NCBI GenBank assembly: GCA_964585035.1
Contig: CAZPCR010000002.1
Span: 1 to 39,721 of the forward strand
DNA: 39,721 nt
Direction: 5' to 3'
From: an uncultured Anaerolineaceae bacterium
Lineage (GTDB): Bacteria > Chloroflexota > Anaerolineae > Anaerolineales > Villigracilaceae
Of the stretch, positions 1 through 10,506 are shown one piece after another; positions within the stretch are counted from its first letter, which is position 1, and the number at the start of each line of letters is the position of its first letter. The translations under genes and the position numbers were made by a program. The notes below the pieces were generated by a model. The model was given only the letters and a program-made list of their open reading frames with translations. It ran no database searches and had not been told where the DNA came from.

Positions 1-1
1 A

Positions 2-412
2 AAAGATATTCCAATACCCTTAAGGTATGGTGACGAAACCAGCCATTTGTCAGAGTGGTACTCACTACTTTATTTTCCCCCTCGTTTATTTGGCGGTTTG
101 GTGCAGCGGATATGGCGCCAGTATTTCTTGTTGGATTTTAATTTAGTATCACTGTACATATTTAGTGGTTTGATAATGGTAGGGTTTGGCACTATATTTG
201 GTTTGTACCACTGGTGGCAATCTGCACAGCTTCAAATTGTGGCTTCAACAGGTACGGTTATGTTGTCTGTATTGCCTATAATTTTGGGAGTGCAGTTGCT
301 ATTGCAGGCTGTGGCGCTAGACGTTCAGATGGTTCCTCACAGAGTTATCCAAACCTTTGTAAAGGCAACTCGAAGTACTGGCAAGCACCACCAGCAAGTC
401 AACAGGTGGTAA
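2..412 (+). CDS. Glycosyltransferase (GT2-like) C-terminal fragment with a membrane-anchoring tail. The 5' end lies outside the window.
   Basis: The frame is open from the window edge (KDIPIPLRYGDETSHLSEWY...). It is followed by hydrophobic helices (LVSLYIFSGLIMVGFGTIFGLY, TVMLSVLPIILGVQLLLQAVAL), as in membrane-anchored GT2 enzymes. It sits in a glycan-cluster context. Confidence 0.5.
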   Translation, partial: KDIPIPLRYGDETSHLSEWYSLLYFPPRLFGGLVQRIWRQYFLLDFNLVSLYIFSGLIMVGFGTIFGLYHWWQSAQLQIVASTGTVMLSVLPIILGVQLLLQAVALDVQMVPHRVIQTFVKATRSTGKHHQQVNRW

Positions 413-581
413 GATAACGGATATTGACTTCAACCAATTTCTTTGCCCATTCTAAAATTTATCTAGAATAAAAAAGAATATTTTTACAAATAAAAATAAT
501 TTGAAATTTTATATTAATCTGGAATTAATGTATCTAAAACCTTTACATCCTAAATTGGCTCATTGATGGAAAATAAATTCT

Positions 582-1160
582 ATGACAAATACCTTTCCTC
601 GGCCAGCGATAAAGCCAAATGGATTAAATAAATGGATTCGCATCCATTTATTATCGTCTTACATTAATAAAATCCCTAAAAAGGAAAAGACTTTGGACCT
701 AGCTTGTGGCTGGGGATTCTCGTTTAATATCAACCCCAAATTTTATGGTGTTGAACTTGATGATGATTGTGTTGATTATTGCAAGCAAAGGGGGTTTAAT
801 GTAACCAAAGCCAACTTGTTGGAGCCTTTACCGTTTCCAGACGGATTTTTTGATAATTGTTTTTCCCACGATGTGTTGGAACATTTTGAACTTGTAGAAG
901 TCGACCTGATATTCAAAAATGTCCATAAAGTTTTACGGCAAGGGGGAACTTTTATGAATATTATTCCCAACAAACGAGGATACGACTATGGTTTTGTTAT
1001 AGATGCAGGGCATAAACATTTCATCGTACCCGATGAAATTAAACAAATTGCAACAAGAATGGGGTTCCAATATATGGGCGTTTATTCAGCGCCTATACCG
1101 GAAATATTTAACCATTTATCTAATCATGCAAAATATGTAACTCTGAGTAGAAAACTCTAA
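582..1160 (+). CDS. Class I SAM-dependent methyltransferase
   Basis: Motif I LDLACGWGF, then VELDDDCV, FDNCFSHDVLEHF and KVLRQGGTF, the typical Methyltransf_11/25 layout. Confidence 0.8.
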   Translation: MTNTFPRPAIKPNGLNKWIRIHLLSSYINKIPKKEKTLDLACGWGFSFNINPKFYGVELDDDCVDYCKQRGFNVTKANLLEPLPFPDGFFDNCFSHDVLEHFELVEVDLIFKNVHKVLRQGGTFMNIIPNKRGYDYGFVIDAGHKHFIVPDEIKQIATRMGFQYMGVYSAPIPEIFNHLSNHAKYVTLSRKL

Positions 1161-1331
1161 ATGAAATTGCTGGGTACCCAATTGGATGGATTAGAGGGGG
1201 TAAAATCATTGTGCTATCTGGTTATCGATTTAAATTTAACATATTATACTTTCTTGCCTTCTTGTCCGTTAGCTGGTTTACAGTTATCAGGCATCACCGC
1301 TATATTCGAATTAGGGTGGTAGAAACCTAAA

Positions 1332-2114
1332 ATGAAACAAAAATTGCCAAGAATTTCGATCATTACGCCCTCTCTAAATCAAGGTGATTTTATTGAGAAA
1401 ACTATACTATCTGTTCTCGATCAACAGTATCCAGATTTGGAATATCTGGTTGTTGATGGGGGGTCAACTGACCAAACTTCAGAAATAATTCAAAAATATG
1501 GCCATTCCCTCTTGTCGATCAGGGAAAAAGATAATGGGCAAACCCAGGCTATTAATAAAGGTTTGCGACAATCAACCGGTGATATTTTGGCTTTCTTGAG
1601 TTCTGATGATATTTACTTACCAGGAGCATTGCGTATTGTAGGTGAATATTTTTCTGAACATCCAGATGCTATGTGGTTGAGCGGATATTGCATAAATATT
1701 GATAATAATGATAGGGAGATTCGAAAATTCATACGTTATTATAAAAACTTTTGGTTAGCCATTCATAATTACAAGGTTCTATTGGTTCTCAATTACATTA
1801 GTCAACCTTCCACTTTTTGGAGACGAAAAGTATTAGAAGAAGCTGGATATCTAGATGAAAATCTGTACTTTACAATGGATTATGAGTATTGGTTGCGTTT
1901 AGGAAGAAAATATCCCCTCCATGTACTAAATCAGAACCTGGCTCGGTTTAGGATTCATAAACTTTCTAAATCAGGTTCGACTTCTCATAAACAATTTGAC
2001 GAGGAATATCAAGTTGCAGGACGTTATTCCAATAAATTCCTTCTTTTACTACACCGTATCCATCGTCAATTGAATATAATTGTTTATCGGTTGATGATGC
2101 ATATAAATTCTTGA
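1332..2114 (+). CDS. Family 2 glycosyltransferase
   Basis: ISIITPSLNQGDFIEKTILSVLDQQYPDLEYLVVDGGSTDQT, and DILAFLSSDDIY (DxD-type motif). Confidence 0.9.
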   Translation: MKQKLPRISIITPSLNQGDFIEKTILSVLDQQYPDLEYLVVDGGSTDQTSEIIQKYGHSLLSIREKDNGQTQAINKGLRQSTGDILAFLSSDDIYLPGALRIVGEYFSEHPDAMWLSGYCINIDNNDREIRKFIRYYKNFWLAIHNYKVLLVLNYISQPSTFWRRKVLEEAGYLDENLYFTMDYEYWLRLGRKYPLHVLNQNLARFRIHKLSKSGSTSHKQFDEEYQVAGRYSNKFLLLLHRIHRQLNIIVYRLMMHINS

Positions 2115-2137
2115 AATCCTTTGAGTGGAAATTGCAG

Positions 2138-3127
2138 ATGAGTAATAACAAACGTGTCATTATTACAGGCGGGTCCGGCTTTATTGGGACAAATTTGGTT
2201 TCATCGTACTTGGAAAGAAACTGGGATGTCAAAAATTTCGACATTCTTCCCCCTCGCAATTCGGATCATTTAACGAAATGGGTAAAGACAGACTTATTAG
2301 ATCGCGCCGACCTTATTAAAAAGACGAAGGAATTTAGACCATCTGTCTTTTTACATTTTGGGGCTCGAACTGATCTAAACGAAAAGGACAATCTTGCAGG
2401 CTATGCTTCGAACATTGAAGGGGTATGCAATGTTATTGATGCGATACGAGCTGCTTCCTCAATTAAACGAGTAGTATTTGCATCGAGTCAATTGGTGTGT
2501 TATTTGGGATATAGACCCAAGAATGAATATGATTATCGGCCTACAACACTATACGGCATTAGCAAAGTTCTAACGGAACGAATTATCAGGTCAGCAGACG
2601 ACATCGGAGCTGTATGGACAATCGTCCGCCCGACTTCGCTTTATGGTCCCTGGTTTGATGTGCCTTATAAGAATTTCTTCCTCACAATTTCGAAAAATTA
2701 TTACATTCATCCAGGGGAAATACAAATTTATAAACAATGGGGGTTTGTTGGGAACTCCGTTTATCAAATAGAAAAGCTTGTGGATGCTCCCAAAGATAAA
2801 GTTCATAAAAAAATGTTCTACCTGGCAGATTTTAAACCTATCCTATTTACCGATTTTGCTAATCTGGTACAAAGATCGCTGAGTGCGGCGCCTATTCGTA
2901 CCATTAACCCAAACCTACTGAAAATAATGGCGCAAATAGGCGATCTACTTCAGCACATGGGCTGGAAACAACCTCCTCTAACTACCTTTCGGTATCACAA
3001 TATTATTACCTCTGAGCTCCAAAATTTGAAGCCCCTTCAAAGATTGGTGGGTTCCCTGCCTTATTCTCCCGAACAAGCTGTGGCCCAAACTGTAAATTGG
3101 ATGAGACAGATGGAGATGCTTAATTGA
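2138..3127 (+). CDS. NAD-dependent epimerase/dehydratase (extended SDR)
   Basis: Rossmann motif VIITGGSGFIGTNLV and catalytic YGISK (YxxxK). I prefer the ATG at 2138 to the TTG at 2111, which overlaps the upstream stop. Confidence 0.85.
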   Translation: MSNNKRVIITGGSGFIGTNLVSSYLERNWDVKNFDILPPRNSDHLTKWVKTDLLDRADLIKKTKEFRPSVFLHFGARTDLNEKDNLAGYASNIEGVCNVIDAIRAASSIKRVVFASSQLVCYLGYRPKNEYDYRPTTLYGISKVLTERIIRSADDIGAVWTIVRPTSLYGPWFDVPYKNFFLTISKNYYIHPGEIQIYKQWGFVGNSVYQIEKLVDAPKDKVHKKMFYLADFKPILFTDFANLVQRSLSAAPIRTINPNLLKIMAQIGDLLQHMGWKQPPLTTFRYHNIITSELQNLKPLQRLVGSLPYSPEQAVAQTVNWMRQMEMLN

Positions 3128-3134
3128 TATCAGA

Positions 3135-5264
3135 TCATTTTGTAATTTGCCGCACTTCCCATGCCCCTGATAAGGATTTTTGGCAACTAAATTCAATATT
3201 TACAGGTGGATCTTTGGCTAGGATTTGGTAAGCAACTTCCTGGTCGCCGGGTTCTCCATAAATTGGCTTCAAAGTCAACCAGGTCGGTGTATTATCAGGA
3301 TTTGGTATCAATCCAAGTGTTAAGTGCCAAACGCTATAATTGCTCTCATACGCAATAAATTTATAACCCTCCCGATAAACCTCTGTCCAAAATCTAGTAC
3401 TGTCGCCATTGGAGAGAGTTTCGAGAGTGGTATATTCATCAAAGTTGGTAGAACATGCGAAAAGATCTTGGCGAAGATAGTATCGATAGGCATTAAGTGC
3501 AAGAACTCTGTCGCCCATCGACGCCAATTCGTTGATGGGTTTTAGGAACGTGCAAAAAGGAAAATCATAACATTGAGGATTTCCATGTTTGTCTATCGGG
3601 GAATAGGTGTCTATCGAAATATAAACAACTCTAAAGCTGACGAGAACTAAGAGAAGAACCAGTATGGTTTTTGTTGTGACTTGAAAAAACGGATCTGCGC
3701 CATTTAAAATCTGTTCAATGGTTATAGAGATGGGCAAAAAAAGTATTAACCAAAGGAAAAGAACATAACGGATCTCAAATATTGTGTTAACCAGCATCAA
3801 CCAAGCAAATAATGTAATTAATGTCGCATAAACTAATAAGGTTAAGTTACGCGAAATATTTATTATTTTACCAAGGCAGAATACTAACAAGGCAGGAAGA
3901 AAACCGATAAATAATGGTGTGATGTTACCCAGGGTTTGTGGCGTATTTAGGTAGGTAACAACAAAAGGATAAAGAAGCCGGAATTTCCAAATCTGATCTG
4001 GATTTAAAGCCCATTGCCATTGCGACCAATTGATTTTTTCATATGTTTTTATAAAGGCCATAGGATCGCCCAAGACCATCCAATTAGCTGCAAGATGATA
4101 GCTTAGTAAACAGATGATTCCAATACTGATCCATAATATTGGCTTTACGAATCCGTCATATATCCAATTCCCTTTCTCGCTTTGCGTGTAATAAGCAGAG
4201 AATAAATAGTAAAGTCCGACAACCATGGCCAATAAAACAATATCATATGGCCGCGATATCATCGCCAATCCGGCTAAAATACCTGTAAGTATATAAGTGT
4301 TTTTCGAGAATTTGTTGTTAGCGATCATCCAATAAATTGTGGCAATAGCGGGAACTGTACTTGCGAGTTCTATCTTGCCGTCCCCCATCAGATCTAGAAA
4401 GGCCGTTGAGGTAAGTATTAACGTCATCAAAATAAGGTTCGATCGTTTTGATAACCCAGCTTTTTCCCCCAACGCAATTGTAAAGATGATTATCATAACG
4501 CCATTAATCCAAGAGTACAATCTGGCTGCTTGATCGCCAAAGATTTGGATTAGAGCTGCGTATTGGATTCCGGTTTGAAATGAACTAACGATAAAAAACT
4601 TTGAATAAAACTGTATATGGTTTGTTATCGCAGTGATCTTGGCTGACGAAAAATATAAAGCCACCGAATCGTAACTTAATCGCGAAGTTGAATACATTAT
4701 GCTGAGAGCTAAAATGCTTAGATTCAACCAGATTATCGCCCTATCAACTCCGCGATCTGACTTATCAAAAGGAATAAGAGCATACTTCATTTGGGATTGA
4801 ATGAAGGATTTCGATATTGGGTATAATCCGATAATAAAACCAATCACTAACACAATAACTACATGCGTAGAAGTTAATTGATTGAACCTTGCAAGTGCAA
4901 ATAAAACTACTGACAGTAATCCTTGCCCTAACGAAAATGCAGTTCCTAGCAAAGCAACGCGGCTAAGCTTTGTCGAATTCCTCATATCTTTCAAGATCTT
5001 GAATGGAAGAAGAAGAAACCAGCCCACCGAAATACAAACCGCGGAAAAAATGACAACCCCGACCAAGGCCCAGAGTAGATTGGCGATGAAATTAATTGGT
5101 TCTATTCTAGCTAGTTTAGAAAGAATAAATGGCCAATTTTCAAATGTGGAGCCGGATATTGAACTGGTTTTGGCTGGGAAATAAATAAAAACTAAAACGC
5201 ATAAGATTGACCAGATAAGCAGTCCTGATCTAATAAATAACCCTCTCGCATTTATTTTTTGCAT
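3135..5264 (-). CDS. Large polytopic membrane protein with a C-terminal soluble domain. Possibly a GT-C-type glycosyltransferase.
   Basis: 709 aa with about 14-16 hydrophobic helices, then a roughly 130-aa hydrophilic C-terminus. It lies in a glycan cluster. I recognised no specific family motif. Confidence 0.45.
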   Translation of the reverse strand: MQKINARGLFIRSGLLIWSILCVLVFIYFPAKTSSISGSTFENWPFILSKLARIEPINFIANLLWALVGVVIFSAVCISVGWFLLLPFKILKDMRNSTKLSRVALLGTAFSLGQGLLSVVLFALARFNQLTSTHVVIVLVIGFIIGLYPISKSFIQSQMKYALIPFDKSDRGVDRAIIWLNLSILALSIMYSTSRLSYDSVALYFSSAKITAITNHIQFYSKFFIVSSFQTGIQYAALIQIFGDQAARLYSWINGVMIIIFTIALGEKAGLSKRSNLILMTLILTSTAFLDLMGDGKIELASTVPAIATIYWMIANNKFSKNTYILTGILAGLAMISRPYDIVLLAMVVGLYYLFSAYYTQSEKGNWIYDGFVKPILWISIGIICLLSYHLAANWMVLGDPMAFIKTYEKINWSQWQWALNPDQIWKFRLLYPFVVTYLNTPQTLGNITPLFIGFLPALLVFCLGKIINISRNLTLLVYATLITLFAWLMLVNTIFEIRYVLFLWLILFLPISITIEQILNGADPFFQVTTKTILVLLLVLVSFRVVYISIDTYSPIDKHGNPQCYDFPFCTFLKPINELASMGDRVLALNAYRYYLRQDLFACSTNFDEYTTLETLSNGDSTRFWTEVYREGYKFIAYESNYSVWHLTLGLIPNPDNTPTWLTLKPIYGEPGDQEVAYQILAKDPPVNIEFSCQKSLSGAWEVRQITK

Positions 5265-5436
5265 TGAATTTCCTTTTTATAGTATGAAAGCCGAAAGATT
5301 CCTGATAAGTTTAGAGTCTTTGTAAAGTAAGTGTTTTGAATCCATTCGATTGTAGTTCTTTCAATGAAAATATTCTACAAAAAATATATAAAACATATTA
5401 ATTTTATATATTGGTATGAAATTGAAATCCAGGGAT

Positions 5437-7014
5437 CTAATGAAGGGCAGAAAAGATAGCAACCGCGTCTGACTGGTAAGCAAGGTGATATTGGTTATTA
5501 ATCTTCATTAAATTAATAAGCCCAACCCCGTGGGACACAGGTGCCACTACACGACAAGAGTTCTTCAAATTACCCTGGGTGTTTATATAAAGATAATCAA
5601 ATTGCAAATGGTATTTATTTATACAACTAAACGGAGAGGTGGCGTCCAGGCACCCTTGGACATCGGTTTGAAGCGTTACCGCCCCGGCATATTTATGGTC
5701 TGGCAACCATTCGTTACCCTGGATCGTGGTGATGTCTATGCGGTCAGTCAATGCTGGAAACCACTCCTGGACACTATCACATAATATTTGACCTTCCCCT
5801 GTCATAATGAGAAATCGACTTCCGGCTTGGGTATTTGATTTGATCCAATCAAATGCGGTGCGATTTGCTTCTGAGAGTGTGCTGGCAGCAATTTGGTTAT
5901 CAAAATAGAGTGTTCCGCCAAGCATATAGATTCCCGCAAAAACAAGAAATGTAACTGCCACTAGGTCTTGGCCGAGGCCTGCATCGTTCGAATTGTTTGC
6001 GAGTACTGCAATGAAGGGGAGAATTACCTCACTGAGCGCAATACCGGCCATCATGGCGAGAGGAATCATTGCATAGGTAGCTGCGCTGCGCGGGTCAACC
6101 AAGTAGGGAACAAAATACCAAATGGGAATAAAATAGTTTTTCTTCGCAAGGCAAGCAAAAAGTCCAATTAATCCTAGCACTGCCACAAATGTGAGATAGG
6201 GCTCGTCTGTTTGTGTCAAAAGAAAGGGATATAAAATTGATAATGGAGTCTGGCTGCCTGTTTGGGCCGCTGCCAGGAAAGGATTTAGGCCGAGATGTAT
6301 GACTGTTGGCAACCACCAAACGCATGTAACAATAATTGTTCCCAAAGCAAGCAATAACGAATTAATAATCCCATGTTTGTTTCTTCCGATGAAAATCCAG
6401 AAAAGCAGTACAAACGCGATTGTATGGATCATCGCTTCGGGATGAGTAAGGACTATTAGCGAGCTAAATAGAATTGATCCAAAAATATATTTCCTGTCGC
6501 GCTCCTTGAAAAGCCTGTAAATGCAACCAAGCGAAAGTAGAAGGAAGAGCAAGCCGAAACTTCGAGTCAATCCTCCGCCCATAATAGTCCAGGTGAAAGA
6601 GCGTGGAGTAAATGCAAATGCCAGAGTTGCAAGTCCGGCTTGATAAGATGAATTTAATATAGCCCTAGAAAGATAATAGAACGCGGGAACGGTGCCTACC
6701 GAAACAATCCCCGGCAGCCATCGAACAATGTCAATCGGACTTAGATTTAATAGATTCGACGAAATTGCGCCAATATAGAAAGCAAAGGGTGGGTAGGCGA
6801 ATGGAATATTCAGGCCGTTATATAGAATATATTGGGGAAGCCTTAAGCTATTTGCCTTAATAGCTTCGATCATAACGACAAAAAGTCCTCCGTCGTTTAT
6901 CGGAAATCCTGCGATGTTGGCTGGATAGAGACGTACGAATCCCCCGAATATGATCGCTAGGATACCAATTAAGACGCCACTTTCCTCCTTGTTGGGTCTA
7001 CGAAGATTTTGCAT
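5437..7014 (-). CDS. Polytopic membrane protein, possibly a GT-C-type glycosyltransferase
   Basis: 525 aa with multiple TM helices. An early loop FPINDGGLF resembles the acidic first-loop motif of GT-C enzymes. The C-terminus is soluble. The start lies 3 nt after the mutS stop. Confidence 0.45.
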   Translation of the reverse strand: MQNLRRPNKEESGVLIGILAIIFGGFVRLYPANIAGFPINDGGLFVVMIEAIKANSLRLPQYILYNGLNIPFAYPPFAFYIGAISSNLLNLSPIDIVRWLPGIVSVGTVPAFYYLSRAILNSSYQAGLATLAFAFTPRSFTWTIMGGGLTRSFGLLFLLLSLGCIYRLFKERDRKYIFGSILFSSLIVLTHPEAMIHTIAFVLLFWIFIGRNKHGIINSLLLALGTIIVTCVWWLPTVIHLGLNPFLAAAQTGSQTPLSILYPFLLTQTDEPYLTFVAVLGLIGLFACLAKKNYFIPIWYFVPYLVDPRSAATYAMIPLAMMAGIALSEVILPFIAVLANNSNDAGLGQDLVAVTFLVFAGIYMLGGTLYFDNQIAASTLSEANRTAFDWIKSNTQAGSRFLIMTGEGQILCDSVQEWFPALTDRIDITTIQGNEWLPDHKYAGAVTLQTDVQGCLDATSPFSCINKYHLQFDYLYINTQGNLKNSCRVVAPVSHGVGLINLMKINNQYHLAYQSDAVAIFSALH

Positions 7015-7017
7015 AAT

Positions 7018-9597
7018 TTATTTCAGAAACCTTTTTTTCCACTCAAACAGCTTGTTTAAAGCTTCGATGGGGGAAAGGGAATTTACATCGATGGCGTTGA
7101 GTTCATCGAGTAAGGGACTTGTCTCTGGAAATAACGTGGCTTGTTGTGCGGAAAAGGGGTTTATTCGGACGGCCCTACCTGATGATTTTTCGAGTTCGAT
7201 CAATATTTCATTTGCTCTCTGTATAACCGGCCCGGGCAGGCCGGCTAATTGAGCGACGTGAATACCGTATGATTTATCTGCGCCACCTGGTATTATCTTA
7301 TGCAGGAACACTACTTTCCCGTCTGCTTCCGTAACACCGACATTGTAATTCCGGATCCCCGGCAACAAATCCGATAATTGAGTTAATTCGTGGTAATGGG
7401 TGGCGAACAGGGTTTTGGCCCTTAGTAGAGGGTGATTATGAATGTATTCGATAACTGCCCAGGCAATTGAAACACCGTCATAGGTGCTTGTACCGCGGCC
7501 GATCTCGTCCAGGATCAACAAGCTGCGAGGTGTGGCATGATGAAGAATGTTTGCTGTTTCGATCATCTCCACCATAAATGTAGATTGACCAGCATGGATC
7601 TCATCCTGGGCGCCTATACGGGTGAAGATTCGGTCAACCAATCCGATCCTGGCAAACTCGGCAGGCACGAACGAGCCTATTTGTGCCATCAAAACGATCA
7701 ATGCTGCCTGTCGCAGATAAGTGGACTTCCCGGACATATTGGGTCCAGTGATTATGCGTACAATCTCGCCTTTTTCGAATATAAGGTCATTCGGAATATA
7801 GCGTTCACCATGGAGATATTGCTCAACGACGGGGTGCCGGCCTGCGTGAATTTCCAATTCGCTACCTGAATGGAGATCTGGTTGAATATAGTTTCCAAGA
7901 GCGGCAACCTCCGCCAGAGTAGCCAATACATCCAACTCAGCCAGGGCATTTGCTGTTTCAAGAAGACTGGCAGCTGATTTTGCCAGTCTTGTACAAACTT
8001 CCCGGAATAACCGCAACTCGATCTCCCGAATGCGATCCTCCGCATTTAGCACGAGTGTCTCATACTCTTTCATTTCGGGAGTAATAAAACGTTCCCCATT
8101 AACCAGGGTTTGTTTACGAATATAGTTTTCAGGTGCCTTATCGGCTGCGCCGCGCGAGATTTCAATGTAATAACCGAATACTTTGTTGTAACCGACTTTT
8201 AGGGTTTTTATACCAGTCCGCTGGCGCTCAATGGATTCCAGGTTTGCAATCCAGTCACGGGCATGTTGGGAAGCCTCGATTACAGAGTCGAGTTCCTGTG
8301 AAAAAGCAGTCCTAATAACTCCGGTATTTTGTAATGTGGCAGGTGGTTCATCGGCAATTGCGGTTTGCAAAATCGATAACTCGCTCGTGCATAAATTAAT
8401 ATTGGGAAGTGGATAATCTGGTTGGCTGTCCGCTTTTATGACATTTAAGATGTTCGGTAATTGATCCAGTGTATTTCGAAGAGATACCAGATCGCGCGGT
8501 TGGGCATAGCCTGCGATTATTCTATTCGTTAGACGTTCCAGATCTGAGAGGAGTTTGAGCGCGCCGCGAAGTTCTGTACGCCTCATACTGTGGTCAATGA
8601 AATTTTTCACGCCGGCCTGGCGGGCTGCAATTTTTTCGAGGTTTAATAATGGCTGGCTCACCCATTGATGGATCATCCGCTGTCCCATTGGAGTGATGGT
8701 TTGATCGAGGATGCCGAGCAAAGAGCCTTTGCGCTCTCCGAGCAGGGTTTCATCCAATTCAAGGTTTCGACGTGTAGATGCGTCAAGGGTCATGAATTCG
8801 TTGAGACTGTAAGCTCGCAATCGGGTCAGCAATTTAAGAGAATCGGGTTGAGTACCCTGAATGTATTGGAGAATTGCTCCCGCGGCGCGGATTTCGTTAA
8901 TTTGTCCTTTCAGACCGAAACCGTCCAGGGTGGAGGTATTGAAATGGGTGATCAATATTTCCTGGCATTTTCCTGGCTCGAATCGCCAGGATGGATATGG
9001 TGTGAGGTGGCTTATCCCTTCGAACCAATTCTGATCTCCAGGGTCGGTGATATTATCCGAATAAATAATTTCAGCCGGATGAAGACGGACTAACTCCGAT
9101 CGCATTGAATCAAGAGGTAGGTTAGTAACGGCAAACTCTCCGGTGGTAATGTCCGCATAAGCGACTGCTGCGGTTTTCCTATCAGTAGGGTCGTCAGAAT
9201 CTAAAAAAACTGAAGCTAGATAATTATTGGAATCTCCAGGAAGGAGCCCGGGTTCGATAACCGTTCCGGGGGTTACAACGCGTACAACTCTGCGTGGAAA
9301 TATCCCTTTAACCGGTTGGTCTCCCACCTGTTCGCAGATTGCTACATGGTGACCCTTTTCAATAAGGCGGCCGAGGTAGTTTTCTAAGGCATGGTAAGGT
9401 ATGCCGGCGAGAGGCGCACGCAGTCCTTTCCCGATTGGGCGCGAGGTTAAGACAATATCCAATTCGCTAGCCGTTAACTGGGCGTCTTCGTCGAAAGTCT
9501 CATAAAAATCGCCCAAACGAAAGAATAGGATCGTATTTGGATAATCCCGCTTGATCTCGAGATATTGTTGGCGTATTGGGGTGATATCGTCGGGCAT
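7018..9597 (-). CDS. mutS: DNA mismatch repair protein MutS
   Basis: N-terminal TPIRQQYLEIKRDYPNTILFFRLGDFYETF, Walker A GPNMSGKSTYLRQ and DEIGRGTSTYDG. Full length is 859 aa. Confidence 0.97.
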   Translation of the reverse strand: MPDDITPIRQQYLEIKRDYPNTILFFRLGDFYETFDEDAQLTASELDIVLTSRPIGKGLRAPLAGIPYHALENYLGRLIEKGHHVAICEQVGDQPVKGIFPRRVVRVVTPGTVIEPGLLPGDSNNYLASVFLDSDDPTDRKTAAVAYADITTGEFAVTNLPLDSMRSELVRLHPAEIIYSDNITDPGDQNWFEGISHLTPYPSWRFEPGKCQEILITHFNTSTLDGFGLKGQINEIRAAGAILQYIQGTQPDSLKLLTRLRAYSLNEFMTLDASTRRNLELDETLLGERKGSLLGILDQTITPMGQRMIHQWVSQPLLNLEKIAARQAGVKNFIDHSMRRTELRGALKLLSDLERLTNRIIAGYAQPRDLVSLRNTLDQLPNILNVIKADSQPDYPLPNINLCTSELSILQTAIADEPPATLQNTGVIRTAFSQELDSVIEASQHARDWIANLESIERQRTGIKTLKVGYNKVFGYYIEISRGAADKAPENYIRKQTLVNGERFITPEMKEYETLVLNAEDRIREIELRLFREVCTRLAKSAASLLETANALAELDVLATLAEVAALGNYIQPDLHSGSELEIHAGRHPVVEQYLHGERYIPNDLIFEKGEIVRIITGPNMSGKSTYLRQAALIVLMAQIGSFVPAEFARIGLVDRIFTRIGAQDEIHAGQSTFMVEMIETANILHHATPRSLLILDEIGRGTSTYDGVSIAWAVIEYIHNHPLLRAKTLFATHYHELTQLSDLLPGIRNYNVGVTEADGKVVFLHKIIPGGADKSYGIHVAQLAGLPGPVIQRANEILIELEKSSGRAVRINPFSAQQATLFPETSPLLDELNAIDVNSLSPIEALNKLFEWKKRFLK

Positions 9598-9681
9598 TCT
9601 TCAATTCTATGGGCAAGATAGGAAATGGGCAAGGGGAACGGATTATAATTAATCATCAAATCATCTCATCGAGAGGTTTCC

Positions 9682-10428
9682 ATGTATAAACTTGTACTAC
9701 TGCGTCACGGTCAAAGCACGTGGAACTTGGAGAACCGTTTCACGGGCTGGACCGATGTTGGTCTAACCGATCAAGGTCGTTCAGAGGCACTTTCGGCTGG
9801 CGTATTACTCAAAGAAGGTGGGTATATTTTCGATTTGGCCAACACTTCTGTTTTGCGTCGTGCCATTCAAACCCTGTGGATCGTCCTGCAAGAAATGAAT
9901 CTGGAGTGGCTGCCCGTGATCAATGCCTGGCAGCTAAATGAACGCCATTACGGTGCGCTTCAAGGATTAAATAAATCCGAGACGGCCGTGAAATTTGGCG
10001 AAGCGCAAGTGAAAATTTGGCGGCGCAGCTATGACGTACCACCGCCTGCTCTCGAGTTGACCGATGAACGGCATCCGAGATTCGACCCGCGCTATGCATC
10101 TCTGACTCCAGTTCAATTACCCGCGACCGAGTCTTTAAAGATAACATTGGAGCGAGTGCTGCCGTACTGGCATCAAACGATCGTACCCACGATCAAAACT
10201 GGGAAGCGTATGTTGATAGTGGCCCATGGAAACAGCATCCGTGCGATGGTGAAATATCTTGATAATATTTCCGATGCAGATATAACTGAACTTAATATAC
10301 CCACGGGTATCCCGCTTGTTTATGAACTTGACGAAAATATGAAACCCTTGAAGCATTATTATCTCGGGGATGCAGATGCAGTAGCAAAGGCCGCTGCGGC
10401 GGTTGCCAACCAAGGAAAATCCAAATAA
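9682..10428 (+). CDS. gpmA: 2,3-bisphosphoglycerate-dependent phosphoglycerate mutase
   Basis: [32 protein letters not shown] and the AHGNSIRA histidine-phosphatase motifs. Confidence 0.95.
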   Translation: MYKLVLLRHGQSTWNLENRFTGWTDVGLTDQGRSEALSAGVLLKEGGYIFDLANTSVLRRAIQTLWIVLQEMNLEWLPVINAWQLNERHYGALQGLNKSETAVKFGEAQVKIWRRSYDVPPPALELTDERHPRFDPRYASLTPVQLPATESLKITLERVLPYWHQTIVPTIKTGKRMLIVAHGNSIRAMVKYLDNISDADITELNIPTGIPLVYELDENMKPLKHYYLGDADAVAKAAAAVANQGKSK

Positions 10429-10454
10429 ATAAATAATCTACAATTATGTCAGAG

Positions 10455-10491
10455 TACCTCCGAGACAGGTTGGCCTCGGGGGTATTCTTTC
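10455..10491 (+). terminator. Intrinsic terminator after gpmA
   Basis: A 10-bp stem TACCTCCGAG / CTCGGGGGTA (one G-U pair) with a 10-nt loop, followed by a T-rich TTCTTT. Confidence 0.55.
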
Positions 10492-10506
10492 GATTAGAAT
10501 CGATGA

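Noticed and set aside
7537-9093. Antisense ORFs of 60-142 aa inside mutS. Similar shadow ORFs occur inside the MTHFR, MsrQ-like, ABC and other genes (for example 8665-9093, 15175-15565, 31176-31462).
   Set aside because: They lie entirely within well-supported long genes on the opposite strand or in another frame. They have no SD sequences or recognisable motifs and are typical shadow ORFs.
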